64,000 bases of DNA from Patescibacteria group bacterium (GCA_041674765.1 JBAYVE010000003.1:66040-130039); one strand, 5' to 3'. Counted from the stretch's first letter, positions 10,448 through 20,609 are shown. Translations and numbers: made by a program. The notes: generated from the sequence alone by a model not told the origin.

Positions 10448-10851
10448 TATTCTGCTTTCTTATCCTTGTTATTGCTTTTAATATCTTCTGACTTTTTAGC
10501 TTCTGTTTTCTTCAAAGGTTCTTCGACTGATTCCAGTGTTAAAACTATATGTGAAAGTCTCTTTGTGATTCTACGAGCCTGACCCTTTGACCAAGGAATA
10601 ATCCTTTTCAAACGTGGACCTTCGTTGCAATAAATACTCTTAATTACTACCTGATTTGGCTCAAAGTAATTCTCCTTTGCGGCAGCGATGCCGGACTTAA
10701 CCAAATTGTGAAGCAATGGTGCAGACTTTTTATTTACAAACTGAAGATTGATTTTTGCTTGATCTGCTGTCATCCCACGGAGACCATGTAAAACAGGCCG
10801 GACCTTCCGGGGTGAAATTCTCAAATATGTTGTTTTAACTGTAAATTCCAT
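10447..10851 (-). CDS. rplV: 50S ribosomal protein L22
   Basis: RISPRKVR, EGPRLKR, KRLSHI. Confidence 0.97.
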   Translation of the reverse strand: MEFTVKTTYLRISPRKVRPVLHGLRGMTADQAKINLQFVNKKSAPLLHNLVKSGIAAAKENYFEPNQVVIKSIYCNEGPRLKRIIPWSKGQARRITKRLSHIVLTLESVEEPLKKTEAKKSEDIKSNNKDKKAE

Positions 10852-10938
10852 AATAACCTAATATCTAATTGGTCTAATTGATCGAATCAAAGGAATTTCT
10901 CTATTAGATTTATTCGCTTGATTCGACATTCGGTTGTC

Positions 10939-11226
10939 TTATTTACCCTTTGCTTGTTCCTTGGCCATCTTACCACCATGACTTCTAAACTTTCGCGTCG
11001 GTGAAAATTCACCTAGTTTATGTCCAACCATCTCTTCAACAACAAACACCGGTAGATGATCCTTACCATTGTGGACGCCGAAGTTAACTCCAACCATTTC
11101 AGGCACTATCGTGCAACTTCTTGCCCATGTCTTGATTGGTTTTTTGTCTCCTGATTGTGCTGCTTTTTGGACCTTCATCAACAGTTTCTCATCAACGAAA
11201 GGGCCTTTTTTAAGTGATCTAGACAT
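10939..11226 (-). CDS. rpsS: 30S ribosomal protein S19
   Basis: [29 protein letters not shown]. Confidence 0.99.
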   Translation of the reverse strand: MSRSLKKGPFVDEKLLMKVQKAAQSGDKKPIKTWARSCTIVPEMVGVNFGVHNGKDHLPVFVVEEMVGHKLGEFSPTRKFRSHGGKMAKEQAKGK

Positions 11227-11233
11227 AATCCTA

Positions 11234-12064
11234 CTATTTCTTTCTTCTGCTAATTATGAGGCCCGAACTTGACTTCTTCTTGTTTCTGGTTCTTCGGCCA
11301 AGAGCTGGAGCGCCCCAAGGTGTCTTTGGATATTTCATACCGATTGGTGAATGTCCTTCACCACCACCATGTGGGTGGTCGACCGGATTCTTTGATTTAC
11401 CCAAAACTGTCGGTTTTACACCAAGGTGACGGACTCGGCCGGCCTTGCCATAAACGACTTTGGAGTGATCAACATTTGAAACAACTCCTAAAGATGCAAA
11501 ATTCTGCGACCGGATTTTTCTAACTTCACCAGAAGTTAGGCGAATCAATGCAAAGTCTCCATCGAGACCGAGCATTGTTGCAAAAGTTCCGGCGCTACGG
11601 CAGATTTGTCCACCTTTACCAGTTGTCAATTCAATATTATAAATTTGAGTTGCGGGAGGAATATTTTTAAGTTGCATTCTGTTGCCAAGACGAATTGGGG
11701 CATTTTCATCACAGATAATTGTCTGAGCTTTTTTTAAATTTTCAGGAGCGATCATATAGATTTTGCTGCCGTCTTCATATGAGATCAGAGCAATATTTGC
11801 AGTTCTGTTCGGATCGTACTCAATAGCCTTGACGATACCTTTTTTGCCAAGAAAACCAGTCATTGAGAAATCAACAATACGGTATCTTCTCTTGGCTCCG
11901 CCACCTTTGTGAGCAGTTAGAATTCTACCGTCTGATCCTCTTCCTACACCTCTTTTAATACCAAAGGTTAGAGACTTCTCCGGACTCTTCTTTTCAATAT
12001 CGAAAACCTGGAAGGACATTTTCCTTCTAGCATTGGTTGTCGGTTTTGTTTTGATTATTGTCAT
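11234..12064 (-). CDS. rplB: 50S ribosomal protein L2
   Basis: [33 protein letters not shown]. Confidence 0.99.
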   Translation of the reverse strand: MTIIKTKPTTNARRKMSFQVFDIEKKSPEKSLTFGIKRGVGRGSDGRILTAHKGGGAKRRYRIVDFSMTGFLGKKGIVKAIEYDPNRTANIALISYEDGSKIYMIAPENLKKAQTIICDENAPIRLGNRMQLKNIPPATQIYNIELTTGKGGQICRSAGTFATMLGLDGDFALIRLTSGEVRKIRSQNFASLGVVSNVDHSKVVYGKAGRVRHLGVKPTVLGKSKNPVDHPHGGGEGHSPIGMKYPKTPWGAPALGRRTRNKKKSSSGLIISRRKK

Positions 12065-12138
12065 ATGTAATAATGCTAAAGGCTAAATTAAACGAAATAA
12101 CGAAATTATATTTTTAGTTATTTAGTTTATTTTCGTTT

Positions 12139-12537
12139 TTAGCGTGCCTTATTTCTTACCTTAACTGTTGTATCTTTGTCTTCTTTTTGAGCCTCAGCCT
12201 TCTGGCTCTTCTTTTCTGCCTTGGCTTTTTCACTCTTTGCAGGCTTTGTTTCTTCTTTCTCAATCTCGAAGAGGTCAATCTTCTCACCCTTTCTGAGCGT
12301 CACAATGGCCTTCTTGAAATCTGACCGCTTTCCGGAACCCTTCTTTGTCCGCTTGATCTTACCTTTGAAGATGGCAGCATCAACATGTTCGACATGAACA
12401 CCGAAAAGTTCTTCTAAACAGGCGGCAACTTCTTCCTTGGTTGATTTTTTGTCAACAATAAAGGTGAATTTGCCAGCGGCAGCCTCTTTGAAACTCTTTT
12501 CTGTAATTACAGCTTTTTTTAAAATACTTGTGTTCAT
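12139..12537 (-). CDS. rplW: 50S ribosomal protein L23
   Basis: ITEKS, FTFIV, KKAIVTL; start placed at ATG 12537; Lys-rich tail. Confidence 0.95.
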   Translation of the reverse strand: MNTSILKKAVITEKSFKEAAAGKFTFIVDKKSTKEEVAACLEELFGVHVEHVDAAIFKGKIKRTKKGSGKRSDFKKAIVTLRKGEKIDLFEIEKEETKPAKSEKAKAEKKSQKAEAQKEDKDTTVKVRNKAR

Positions 12538-12541
12538 ATGA

Positions 12542-13165
12542 CTATTTGTTATAAATCTCTTTAAGCTGATCAAGTGAACTCTCAGAAATAACGATCTTAT
12601 CAGTTGAGATAATGTTTAATATATCCAGCTTCATCGGTGTCATCAGATTAATCCCGGCGATATTTCCGAAAGCTCTTCTGGCATTCTCGTCTTTTTCGCT
12701 AAACAATAAGGCCACTTTACCTTCTGCCTTCACGTTTGACAAAATGTTGACAGCATTCTTCGTTTTTGGGTCATCGATAGCCAGAGTATCGAGGACAACC
12801 GCTTTCTTATCACTGAAAGCTTCGCCAAGACAAGCAAGGATTGCTTTTCTCTTCAGACTCTTGTTGATGCGAATCCGAAAATTCTGATCGCTAGTAGGGC
12901 CGAAAGTTACGCCGCCGCCAACCCAAAGAGGCGATCTGGTGGAACCCTGACGTGCACGGCCAGTACCTTTTTGTTTGAACGGTTTCTTGCCGCCGCCGGA
13001 AACTTCGCTACGGTCCTTGGTGTTGGCAACAGGACCACGAAGAGCATTCCGCAGGTAATTTATGTATAAAGTTAAAGCTTTATCGGATATTTTGGCATCA
13101 AAAGCTTGATCTAGTGTTAGATCTTTGACTTTTTCGCCTTTTTGATTTAAAACTTCAACTTTCAT
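12542..13165 (-). CDS. rplD: 50S ribosomal protein L4
   Basis: RSEVSGGGKKPFKQKGTGRARQGS, GGGVTFGP. Confidence 0.98.
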   Translation of the reverse strand: MKVEVLNQKGEKVKDLTLDQAFDAKISDKALTLYINYLRNALRGPVANTKDRSEVSGGGKKPFKQKGTGRARQGSTRSPLWVGGGVTFGPTSDQNFRIRINKSLKRKAILACLGEAFSDKKAVVLDTLAIDDPKTKNAVNILSNVKAEGKVALLFSEKDENARRAFGNIAGINLMTPMKLDILNIISTDKIVISESSLDQLKEIYNK

Positions 13166-13170
13166 ATAAA

Positions 13171-13767
13171 CTACTCGCTTGCTTCTGCTGATTTTTTAGC
13201 TGATTTAGAGAAAATCCGAACAATTGATTTGTTGGGGCCGGGAATTGCACCTGAGACAAGAATGATATCTTTGTCTATGTCTATAACCTTCAGATTTTTG
13301 ACTGTTACCTTCAAATCACCCATATGGCCTGGCATACGTCTGCCTTTGACAACTCTCTCTGGAAAGCCGCCGCCGATAGACCCTGGCTCTCTCACATTGT
13401 TGCTACCGTGAGATTCAGGACCTCTGTGAAAGCCATGTCTTTTGATAGTACCGGCAAAACCTTTGCCTTTGCTTGTACCCTCGACCTCGACTTTTTCGCC
13501 TGCTTCAAACTGACCTAAAGTGATTTTTTCGCCTACCTTGTAGTCACCAGGGGTCTCAATGCGAAATTCAACAATTTTTGCAATTTTTGAATTCTCTTTG
13601 CTGTCTTTTGATGCCTTTACCTGCACGGCGTTGTAGCCATTCTTCTCAATGGTTCTGATTTCAGACACAAAACATGGCAGAGCTTGTACTTTTACTACAG
13701 CAATGCTTTTTCCGTCAGCGTCGAAGACGCGTGTCATGCCTAATTTTCTGCCTAAAATAAATTTCAT
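13171..13767 (-). CDS. rplC: 50S ribosomal protein L3
   Basis: GRKLGMT, GTSKGKGFAG, SHGS, GHMG; start placed at ATG 13767. Confidence 0.98.
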   Translation of the reverse strand: MKFILGRKLGMTRVFDADGKSIAVVKVQALPCFVSEIRTIEKNGYNAVQVKASKDSKENSKIAKIVEFRIETPGDYKVGEKITLGQFEAGEKVEVEGTSKGKGFAGTIKRHGFHRGPESHGSNNVREPGSIGGGFPERVVKGRRMPGHMGDLKVTVKNLKVIDIDKDIILVSGAIPGPNKSIVRIFSKSAKKSAEASE

Positions 13768-13774
13768 ACAAACC

Positions 13775-14268
13775 GATAACAAATTATATTAGTGTACAGA
13801 TAGCGATCTAACCTCGTCCAAGAACTTAAGTTATTAAATTCTTGGAAAGATGGGAACACGGTAGCGGTATATGCTCCGTGTTCCCCGAAACCAAGGTATC
13901 TGACCGCAATTGGCGGATTAGTGCGATAAGATACCTCAGGGGTGGCAAAAGAAAAGTGTTAAGACACACGCAATCCCAAGTGAGAGAAGGATTACCTGTG
14001 CAGAGCCGATACTCTCCAGTGGCACACCCCACAGACAATCTCAAGTGAGAAAGAAAGATCGTCTGTGTTGACCTAAAAATTTTTGTTTTCAATACAAGCT
14101 GAACATATTGTTGAGCTCTGATAGAAGGTGTTTCCTTTGTATCAAGGCTCAAACGAATAAATAGCCGTAGATCACATTCGACAGACTGTAGTCTTCTGAA
14201 AGAAAACGAGCCGGGTCGAAGGATATCCATGACCTGTTAATGAGATAACAAATTTATCTATCAACAAG
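13775..14268 (-). ncRNA. Putative large structured RNA or 5' leader of rplC (family not recognised)
   Basis: At least 7 helices seen by eye; most mismatches become G-U pairs only on the minus strand; long-range GUGAUCUA/UAGAUCGC helix; consensus promoter directly upstream. Confidence 0.6.
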
Positions 14269-14272
14269 TAAT

Positions 14273-14301
14273 AATCTAACCTATTTTGGAACGAAAGTCA
14301 A
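14273..14301 (-). promoter_or_regulatory. Sigma70-type promoter driving the structured leader and rplC operon
   Basis: TTGACT (14301-14296), 17 bp, TAGATT (14278-14273). Confidence 0.7.
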
Positions 14302-14406
14302 CGGTCACCACCAGCTGAAAGCTGAAAGCCAAAAGCCTAAGGGAATAAACTGAATTTTCTTTAAGCTTTTGGACTTTATGCTTTTAACTAGTCAATCGAA
14401 GATTGA

Positions 14407-14730
14407 CTACATCTTTATCTCAATGTCGACGCCGTGAGGCAAATCGAGGCTCATTAAGCTATCGATTGTCTTTGGGGTCGGGTTTACAATATCGATAAGT
14501 CGCTTGTGTGTTCGCATTTCAAACTGCTCTCTGGCATCCTTGTGGACATGGGTAGATTTTAGAACAGTAATCTTGTCCTTCTCTGTTGGCAGAGGAATGG
14601 GACCTGCGACGGTTGCACCTGAGCGGACTGCAGTCTCGATAATCTGTTGAGCAGATTTGTCAATAATCCGGTGATCGTACGCTTTTAGCCGTATCCGAAT
14701 TTTTTGTTTAGCTTGTGCTTTTTCAGCCAT
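14407..14730 (-). CDS. rpsJ: 30S ribosomal protein S10
   Basis: [33 protein letters not shown]. Confidence 0.99.
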   Translation of the reverse strand: MAEKAQAKQKIRIRLKAYDHRIIDKSAQQIIETAVRSGATVAGPIPLPTEKDKITVLKSTHVHKDAREQFEMRTHKRLIDIVNPTPKTIDSLMSLDLPHGVDIEIKM

Positions 14731-14745
14731 AATAATATTTACTGC

Positions 14746-15921
14746 TTACTTTATGATTTTTGTTACGACACCGGCTCCGACAGTTCTACCACCCTCACGG
14801 ATAGCAAACTTGAGACCTTCGTCCATAGCGATAGGTTGGATCAGGGCAACCTTGATGTTGGTGTTATCACCAGGCATGATCATTTCTTGTTCGAAAACAA
14901 TATCACCAGTAACATCGGTTGTTCTAATATAGAACTGAGGTTTGTATCCCTTGAAGAATGGGGTGTGTCTTCCACCCTCTTCTTTGGTCAATGCGTAAAC
15001 TTCAGCTTCAAACTCTGTATGAGGAGTAATAGAACCTGGCTTGGCTAAAACCTGACCACGTTCGATATCTTCACGCTCTATACCACGAAGCAACAAACCA
15101 ACGTTGTCACCAGCTTGACCTTGCTCGAGCTGTTTCTTGAACATCTCGACGCCGGTTACGACCGTGCTAGAAGTTTTTCTGATACCGACGATTTCTACAG
15201 TATCACCGATTTTGACAATACCCTGCCCTATTCTACCAGTGGCAACTGTACCACGACCTTTGATTGAGAAAACATCTTCAATCGGCATAAGAAAAGGCTT
15301 ATCAAGATCACGTTTTGGTTCTGGAATAGAAGCATCAACAGCATCCATAAGTTCGTCAATTGACTTCTCCCATTTATCATCACCCTCGAGGGCTTTCAAA
15401 GCTGAACCACGGATGATTGGAGCGTTGTCGCCATCAAATTTGTATTTGGTCAAAAGTTCACGAACTTCCATCTCAACGAGATCAATGAGCTCGGGATCAT
15501 CAACCATATCGCACTTGTTCAAATAAACTACGATTGCTGGTACACCGATCTGATTTGCAAGAAGAATGTGCTCGCGTGTCTGAGGCATAGGGCCATCGGT
15601 CGCAGCAACTACAAGAATTGCGCCGTCCATTTGAGCAGCACCGGTAATCATGTTTTTGACGTAGTCAGCATGCCCTGGACAGTCAACGTGAGCATAGTGT
15701 CTGTTGGCTGTTTCGTACTCTTGGTGAGAAGTAGCGATAGTGATACCGCGCTCTTTTTCTTCTGGAGCGTTGTCGATATCCTCAAATTTTTTCTCTACAG
15801 CTAATCCTTTTTTCGCAAGCACGTGTGTGATTGCAGCTGTTAAAGTGGTCTTACCATGGTCAACGTGACCGATAGTACCAATGTTTACATGTGGCTTAGT
15901 TCGTTTGAATACTTCTGCCAT
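14746..15921 (-). CDS. tuf: Elongation factor Tu
   Basis: [31 protein letters not shown]. Confidence 0.99.
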   Translation of the reverse strand: MAEVFKRTKPHVNIGTIGHVDHGKTTLTAAITHVLAKKGLAVEKKFEDIDNAPEEKERGITIATSHQEYETANRHYAHVDCPGHADYVKNMITGAAQMDGAILVVAATDGPMPQTREHILLANQIGVPAIVVYLNKCDMVDDPELIDLVEMEVRELLTKYKFDGDNAPIIRGSALKALEGDDKWEKSIDELMDAVDASIPEPKRDLDKPFLMPIEDVFSIKGRGTVATGRIGQGIVKIGDTVEIVGIRKTSSTVVTGVEMFKKQLEQGQAGDNVGLLLRGIEREDIERGQVLAKPGSITPHTEFEAEVYALTKEEGGRHTPFFKGYKPQFYIRTTDVTGDIVFEQEMIMPGDNTNIKVALIQPIAMDEGLKFAIREGGRTVGAGVVTKIIK

Positions 15922-16092
15922 TTGAAACTCCTATTAATAATTTTCAATTTATTTAACTAATTCTAGCAAACTATAACAAAATTCGGGTCTTAATGCAAGA
16001 GGAAATTAATACTAAAAGCGAAAGGTTACGAAATATACGAAATAGAAGTTTTCGTAATTTTGGTTAGCCGAAGGCTTTTCGTCTTTCGTATG

Positions 16093-18168
16093 TTATTTGC
16101 TTCTTTTCTCAATGATTTCTTTTGCAACGTTACCTGGGACTTCGGCATAATGGTCGAATTCCATCGCATATGAGGCCCGTCCCTGTGACATTGATCGCAG
16201 ACTGGTGGAATAACCAAACATGGAGGCAAGCGGAACAAATGCGTTGATACGCTTGATGCCATTTGGTAGGTCTTCCATCTGGTTGATCTGACCGCGCTTG
16301 GCGTTCAAATCACCGATGATATCACCCATGAAGTCCTCAGGGGTAGTCGCTTCGACCTTCATAATTGGCTCCAGAATTACAGGATTTGCCTTCTTGAAAC
16401 CATCTTGAAATGCCATCGAACCGGCAATTTTGAAGGCCATTTCAGAAGAGTCAACCTCGTGGAAGCTACCGTCGTAAACCTCAACAGAGACGTCGACTAC
16501 TGGATACCCGGCGATTACACCACGATCAAGTGCCTCTTTGATACCAGCTTCGATAGGATTGATGTACTCTTTTGGAATTGCTCCACCGACGATCGAATTA
16601 ATGAAAGTAAAGCCGACACCGGATTCGTTTGGCTTGATGCGAAGCAGACAATGCCCATATTGTCCCCGTCCACCGGTCTGCCTGATATATTTTCCTTCTG
16701 AAGTAACTTCATTTCGGATTGTTTCACGGAAAGCTACTTGAGGAGCACCAACGTTCGCTTCGACTTTGAATTCTCTCTTCATTCTGTCGACAATAATCTC
16801 AAGATGCAGTTCACCCATTCCGGCGATGATGGTCTGGCCAGTCTCTTCATTTGATTTGACCCGAAATGTTGGATCTTCCTCAGCCAATCTTTGGAGTGCA
16901 ATGCCCATCTTCTCTTGGTCAGCCTTTGTTTTCGGCTCGATCGCAATATCGATAACTGGTTCAGGGAAGGTAATCTTTTCGAGAATGACTGGCTTGGCTG
17001 GGTCGCAAAGAGTATCGCCAGTGGTTGTGTTGGAAAGTCCGACTGCTGCAGCAATTTCACCTGCGTATACCTCGTCAACCTCTTCCCTGTGGTTAGCGTG
17101 AAGACGGACAACCCGTCCGATGCGCTCTTTTTCATCTGCAGTGGCATTATAAATATATGATCCCTTTTTGAGAACACCGCGGTAGACACGGAAGAAGATC
17201 AACTTACCGACAAACGGATCGGTTGCAACCTTAAAAGCTAGGGCCGCAAATGGCTCATCGTCCGTCGATTTGACATCAATGTCCTCGCCGGTCTTTGGAT
17301 CGATGCCGCGAGCAGGAAGAACATCAAGTGGAGAAGGCAAATAACTCACAATTGAATCAAGCAGTGAAGCAACGATGATGCCACGGCCGTCCCCGCCCAA
17401 GACAGGATAGAATTTGCTGGAGAGACAGGCTTTTCTGATAAGTTCCTTCAATTCAGCATTAGTAACAGCTTCGCCGCCGAGATATTTTTCCATCATTGCG
17501 TCATCATATTCGACAACGCTTTCAACCAATTTTTCACGCCACTCATTGGCTTTTTCAACCATATCAGCCGGAATTTCACCTTCGGTGAGAGCATGATCCT
17601 TATATTCTTTATAGGTATAAGCTTTCATATTCACGAGGTCAACGACACCATTGATAGACTGCTCGAAACCAATTGGAATCATGATCGGTGTAGCATTTTT
17701 TGAAAGTCGTTGATGAATAGATTCAAGAGATCGATAAAAATCACCACCAGTCTGATTGATTTTGTTGATAAAGCACATTCTTGGCACCTTGTAGGTATCG
17801 GCTTGACGCCAAACAGTCTCAGACTGAGGTTCTACACCCATTTTGCCGTCAAAGATAACAACAGCACCATCAAGTACACGAAGAGAACGCTCGACTTCAA
17901 CTGTGAAATCTACGTGTCCGGGAGTATCAATAATGTTTATCCGGTGATCTTTCCAGAAACAGGTGGTGGCAGCCGAAGTGATAGTGATGCCGCGTTCGCG
18001 CTCCTGCTCCATCCAGTCCATAGTGGCCGCACCTTCATGAACTTCGCCGATTTTGTGGACACGGCCAGAAGTGTAGAGAATTCCTTCTGTCACGGTAGTT
18101 TTACCAGCATCAATGTGTGCAATTGTTCCAATATTCCGAACTTTTTCTAGAGGGTAATCTCTTCCCAT
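16093..18168 (-). CDS. fusA: Elongation factor G
   Basis: [37 protein letters not shown]; G4 reads NKIN. Confidence 0.98.
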   Translation of the reverse strand: MGRDYPLEKVRNIGTIAHIDAGKTTVTEGILYTSGRVHKIGEVHEGAATMDWMEQERERGITITSAATTCFWKDHRINIIDTPGHVDFTVEVERSLRVLDGAVVIFDGKMGVEPQSETVWRQADTYKVPRMCFINKINQTGGDFYRSLESIHQRLSKNATPIMIPIGFEQSINGVVDLVNMKAYTYKEYKDHALTEGEIPADMVEKANEWREKLVESVVEYDDAMMEKYLGGEAVTNAELKELIRKACLSSKFYPVLGGDGRGIIVASLLDSIVSYLPSPLDVLPARGIDPKTGEDIDVKSTDDEPFAALAFKVATDPFVGKLIFFRVYRGVLKKGSYIYNATADEKERIGRVVRLHANHREEVDEVYAGEIAAAVGLSNTTTGDTLCDPAKPVILEKITFPEPVIDIAIEPKTKADQEKMGIALQRLAEEDPTFRVKSNEETGQTIIAGMGELHLEIIVDRMKREFKVEANVGAPQVAFRETIRNEVTSEGKYIRQTGGRGQYGHCLLRIKPNESGVGFTFINSIVGGAIPKEYINPIEAGIKEALDRGVIAGYPVVDVSVEVYDGSFHEVDSSEMAFKIAGSMAFQDGFKKANPVILEPIMKVEATTPEDFMGDIIGDLNAKRGQINQMEDLPNGIKRINAFVPLASMFGYSTSLRSMSQGRASYAMEFDHYAEVPGNVAKEIIEKRSK

Positions 18169-18330
18169 AGTCAATTTCCTAAAAAATAATTAAATAATCA
18201 TTTCGAGCTCAATAAAGACGCAGCTGATCTGTTTTGTATCAAATTAAAAATCCCCCCAATTTCAAGGATAATGATAACATTTTTAGCCGCTTACTGTCAA
18301 CGGCTTTTATAGATATTTATTTTTGGTATC

Positions 18331-18359
18331 TTGACAAATACTTACTATGGTTATATATT
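18331..18359 (+). promoter_or_regulatory. Promoter of inserted lipoprotein gene
   Basis: TTGACA, 17 bp, TATATT; SD GGGAGG at ~18394. Confidence 0.65.
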
Positions 18360-18404
18360 TGCCGGTTGCTCTTTTTAATTCAAGATTGAGCACGGGAGGG
18401 TAGT

Positions 18405-19082
18405 ATGTACGGTTCCAAAACGCTTCTGGCGTTGATCGCACTGGCACTCTTGATGTCAGGGTGCAGCCAACATGTGAAGATCGGCCTCAACGGCATCCAC
18501 GTTGATGAACTTGAGACCCAATGGGTCACGTTCGATGCTTCAACCAAGCTTGTGACGGTCCATTTTCATCCGGATAATTCCGGTATCGAGATCAGCGCCG
18601 GGCTAGAAAGTCCGACCTATGGCCACGGATCGGTTTATATCCATGATGATGTGTTTGATGAAGGCATACATCACAGCAACGGCATTGTCCAATCTCATTT
18701 TACCGATGTTTACTGGTCGAATGGGCCGAATAATGTTGTGCCCGGGAACGCGACCGTAACTGTCTATGTCCGTCAGTTCAAGGACAACGATGTTCTCTAT
18801 TCGACTTGGCAGGGGCAAAGCGGCTCACTCGCAACCAGAGGCACGACAGAGACCACACTTAAAGAGTGCTGCTGCTATTTCACCGTTGTGGAGACACCGG
18901 AGGCCAAAGATGAACAGGGTAAAGTCATCCGACCGGCGATACGGAAAGAAGTCATTCTGCAGGACGGTCGCCGGTATGAACGCGGTGAGTTCCACGAGAT
19001 CGATTCAGCTATCCTTGACGCAATGCATACGGATAAACGAATTCCCGAGGTAATGTTGGATGATTGGAAGCAGATCCAGTAG
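18405..19082 (+). CDS. Predicted lipoprotein of unknown function
   Basis: Signal peptide with lipobox LMSG-C; own promoter, SD and terminator; antisense to the str operon. Confidence 0.75.
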   Translation: MYGSKTLLALIALALLMSGCSQHVKIGLNGIHVDELETQWVTFDASTKLVTVHFHPDNSGIEISAGLESPTYGHGSVYIHDDVFDEGIHHSNGIVQSHFTDVYWSNGPNNVVPGNATVTVYVRQFKDNDVLYSTWQGQSGSLATRGTTETTLKECCCYFTVVETPEAKDEQGKVIRPAIRKEVILQDGRRYERGEFHEIDSAILDAMHTDKRIPEVMLDDWKQIQ

Positions 19083-19103
19083 TTTAAGCGTTTGACAAGG
19101 TCC

Positions 19104-19147
19104 GCGGTCAGGTTGGCATAGAGGATGTCACCCTGACCGCTTTTTTA
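19104..19147 (+). terminator. Intrinsic terminator of lipoprotein gene
   Basis: GCGGTCAGG...CCTGACCGC followed by TTTTTT. Confidence 0.75.
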
Positions 19148-19184
19148 TCTCTATCTTTCGTCAGCAATACCTTTTAAAATTCAT

Positions 19185-19218
19185 ACTAAAAAACGGCCTT
19201 TTGGACCGTTTTTTAGTA
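19185..19218. terminator. Bidirectional terminator downstream of rpsG
   Basis: ACTAAAAAACGG...CCGTTTTTTAGT. Confidence 0.65.
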
Positions 19219-19290
19219 TATATAGCTTTATATTTAGTAGGTTCTTCGTTACACCCCATCTAACTTCCCCTTAAAGATGGGGGGGAACCG

Positions 19291-19767
19291 TTAAAATCGT
19301 GCGAAATGAGCAAAAGCCTTGTTTGCTTCCGCCATCCGATGAGTATCTTCCTTCTTCTTGATAGCGGAACCTTCACCGTTGTAGGCATTTATCATCTCAA
19401 AAGCCAATTTATCCGCCATCGGTTTGCCTTTACCGGCCTTAGCTGCAGCAATGATCCATCTCATCGCAAGAGTGTTTTTGCGCTCTCGTCCGACTTCCAT
19501 TGGTACCTGGTAGTTGGCGCCGCCGATTCTCTTGCTCTTAACCTCGACTATTGGTCCAACATTCTTCAATACCTGGTCGAATACATCCATCGCAGGAGCA
19601 TTCAAAGTCTCGGCAGATTTTTCCAGAGCTTGGTAGACAATTCTCGTAGCAACAGTTTTCTTGCCGTTTACCATGATATAGTTGATAAATTTGGTTATAG
19701 CAGGATTGCCATATTTACTATCGGCTGGAATTTCAATTTTCTTGATTTTTGCGTTTCCTCTTGGCAT
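19291..19767 (-). CDS. rpsG: 30S ribosomal protein S7
   Basis: RIGGANYQVP, AMRWII, HRMAEANKAFAH. Confidence 0.99.
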   Translation of the reverse strand: MPRGNAKIKKIEIPADSKYGNPAITKFINYIMVNGKKTVATRIVYQALEKSAETLNAPAMDVFDQVLKNVGPIVEVKSKRIGGANYQVPMEVGRERKNTLAMRWIIAAAKAGKGKPMADKLAFEMINAYNGEGSAIKKKEDTHRMAEANKAFAHFARF

Positions 19768-19855
19768 ATTTTTTTTCGTATTAGGTATTTGGTAGTAAGT
19801 ATTAGGTCAACAATGTAATTATGCGACTGCATAATACCTACCACATAATACAGGT

Positions 19856-20269
19856 TTATTCGTTTGCTCTCTTCGCGCCATACTTGCTGCGAGCCTTTTT
19901 CCGTCCTTTGACACCAGCAAGATCAAGCTTGCCACGGACAATGTGGTATCTCATACCAGGAAGGTCTTTAACACGGCCGCCTCTAATCATAACAACTGAG
20001 TGTTCCTGGAGGCCATGGCCTTCGCCACCGATATAAGCGTTTACCTCATATCCATTTGTAAGACGAACTCTCGCAAATTTACGAAGAGCTGAGTTTGGTT
20101 TCTTCGGGGTCATAGTACCAACTTTGATGCAGACTCCCCTCTTTTGGGGGCATCCCAATTTAACCGGTCTGTTTGACAAGTAATTGAATGTAGTTTTCAA
20201 AGCAGTGGTCTTCGACTTTTTGACCACGCTTTTTCTTGGTTTTCGAACTAATTGGTTTATTGTTGGCAT
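19856..20269 (-). CDS. rpsL: 30S ribosomal protein S12
   Basis: [31 protein letters not shown]. Confidence 0.99.
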   Translation of the reverse strand: MPTINQLVRKPRKSVVKKSKTTALKTTFNYLSNRPVKLGCPQKRGVCIKVGTMTPKKPNSALRKFARVRLTNGYEVNAYIGGEGHGLQEHSVVMIRGGRVKDLPGMRYHIVRGKLDLAGVKGRKKARSKYGAKRANE

Positions 20270-20380
20270 TATTCAAACCTAATATCTAATTTATCTAATT
20301 GATCGAACCTACTGATTCTAAATCGATTAATGTTACTTTGTTAATTTAGCATATTTTAGACTCTCTGTCAAAGGTACTCC

Positions 20381-20536
20381 ACCATGATTCCGAAAACCTT
20401 GCTATTTCCCTGTTTCTTATTGTTCGAGGAGGAACGACGAGAACTATGGTCACTTATTAGTACAGAGACAGACTTCTCATTTCAAGAGCACCATTCGAAG
20501 AATGAATACATTTAATAGGGTTTTCGGAATGACGGT
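20381..20536. mobile_element. Putative MITE-like palindromic element
   Basis: Imperfect ~19-bp terminal inverted repeats (ACCATGATTCCGAAAACCT / GGGTTTTCGGAATGACGGT) flanked by the ACTCC direct repeat; no ORF. Confidence 0.45.
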
Positions 20537-20609
20537 ACTCCAGCTATCAGCTATGAAACACTCTCTAATAGCTGATAGCTGTTTCTCAAGGGCTATACTG
20601 ACAGTTCGT

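Noticed and set aside
13826-14230. 134-aa minus-strand ORF and 68-aa plus-strand ORF in the rpsJ-rplC gap
   Set aside because: No SD, atypical composition and no motifs; the dense helices explain the region better.
13800-14270. RNase P RNA, tmRNA or group I/II intron identity for the structured region
   Set aside because: No GAGGAAAGUC/CGGCUUA, no tRNA-like ends and no convincing P7 or domain V; the GAGCCG...GACC segment is on the strand disfavoured by G-U analysis.
5121-20307. CRISPR array from the recurring ~32-bp repeat
   Set aside because: Copies are kilobases apart and separated by ribosomal genes; no spacers or cas genes.
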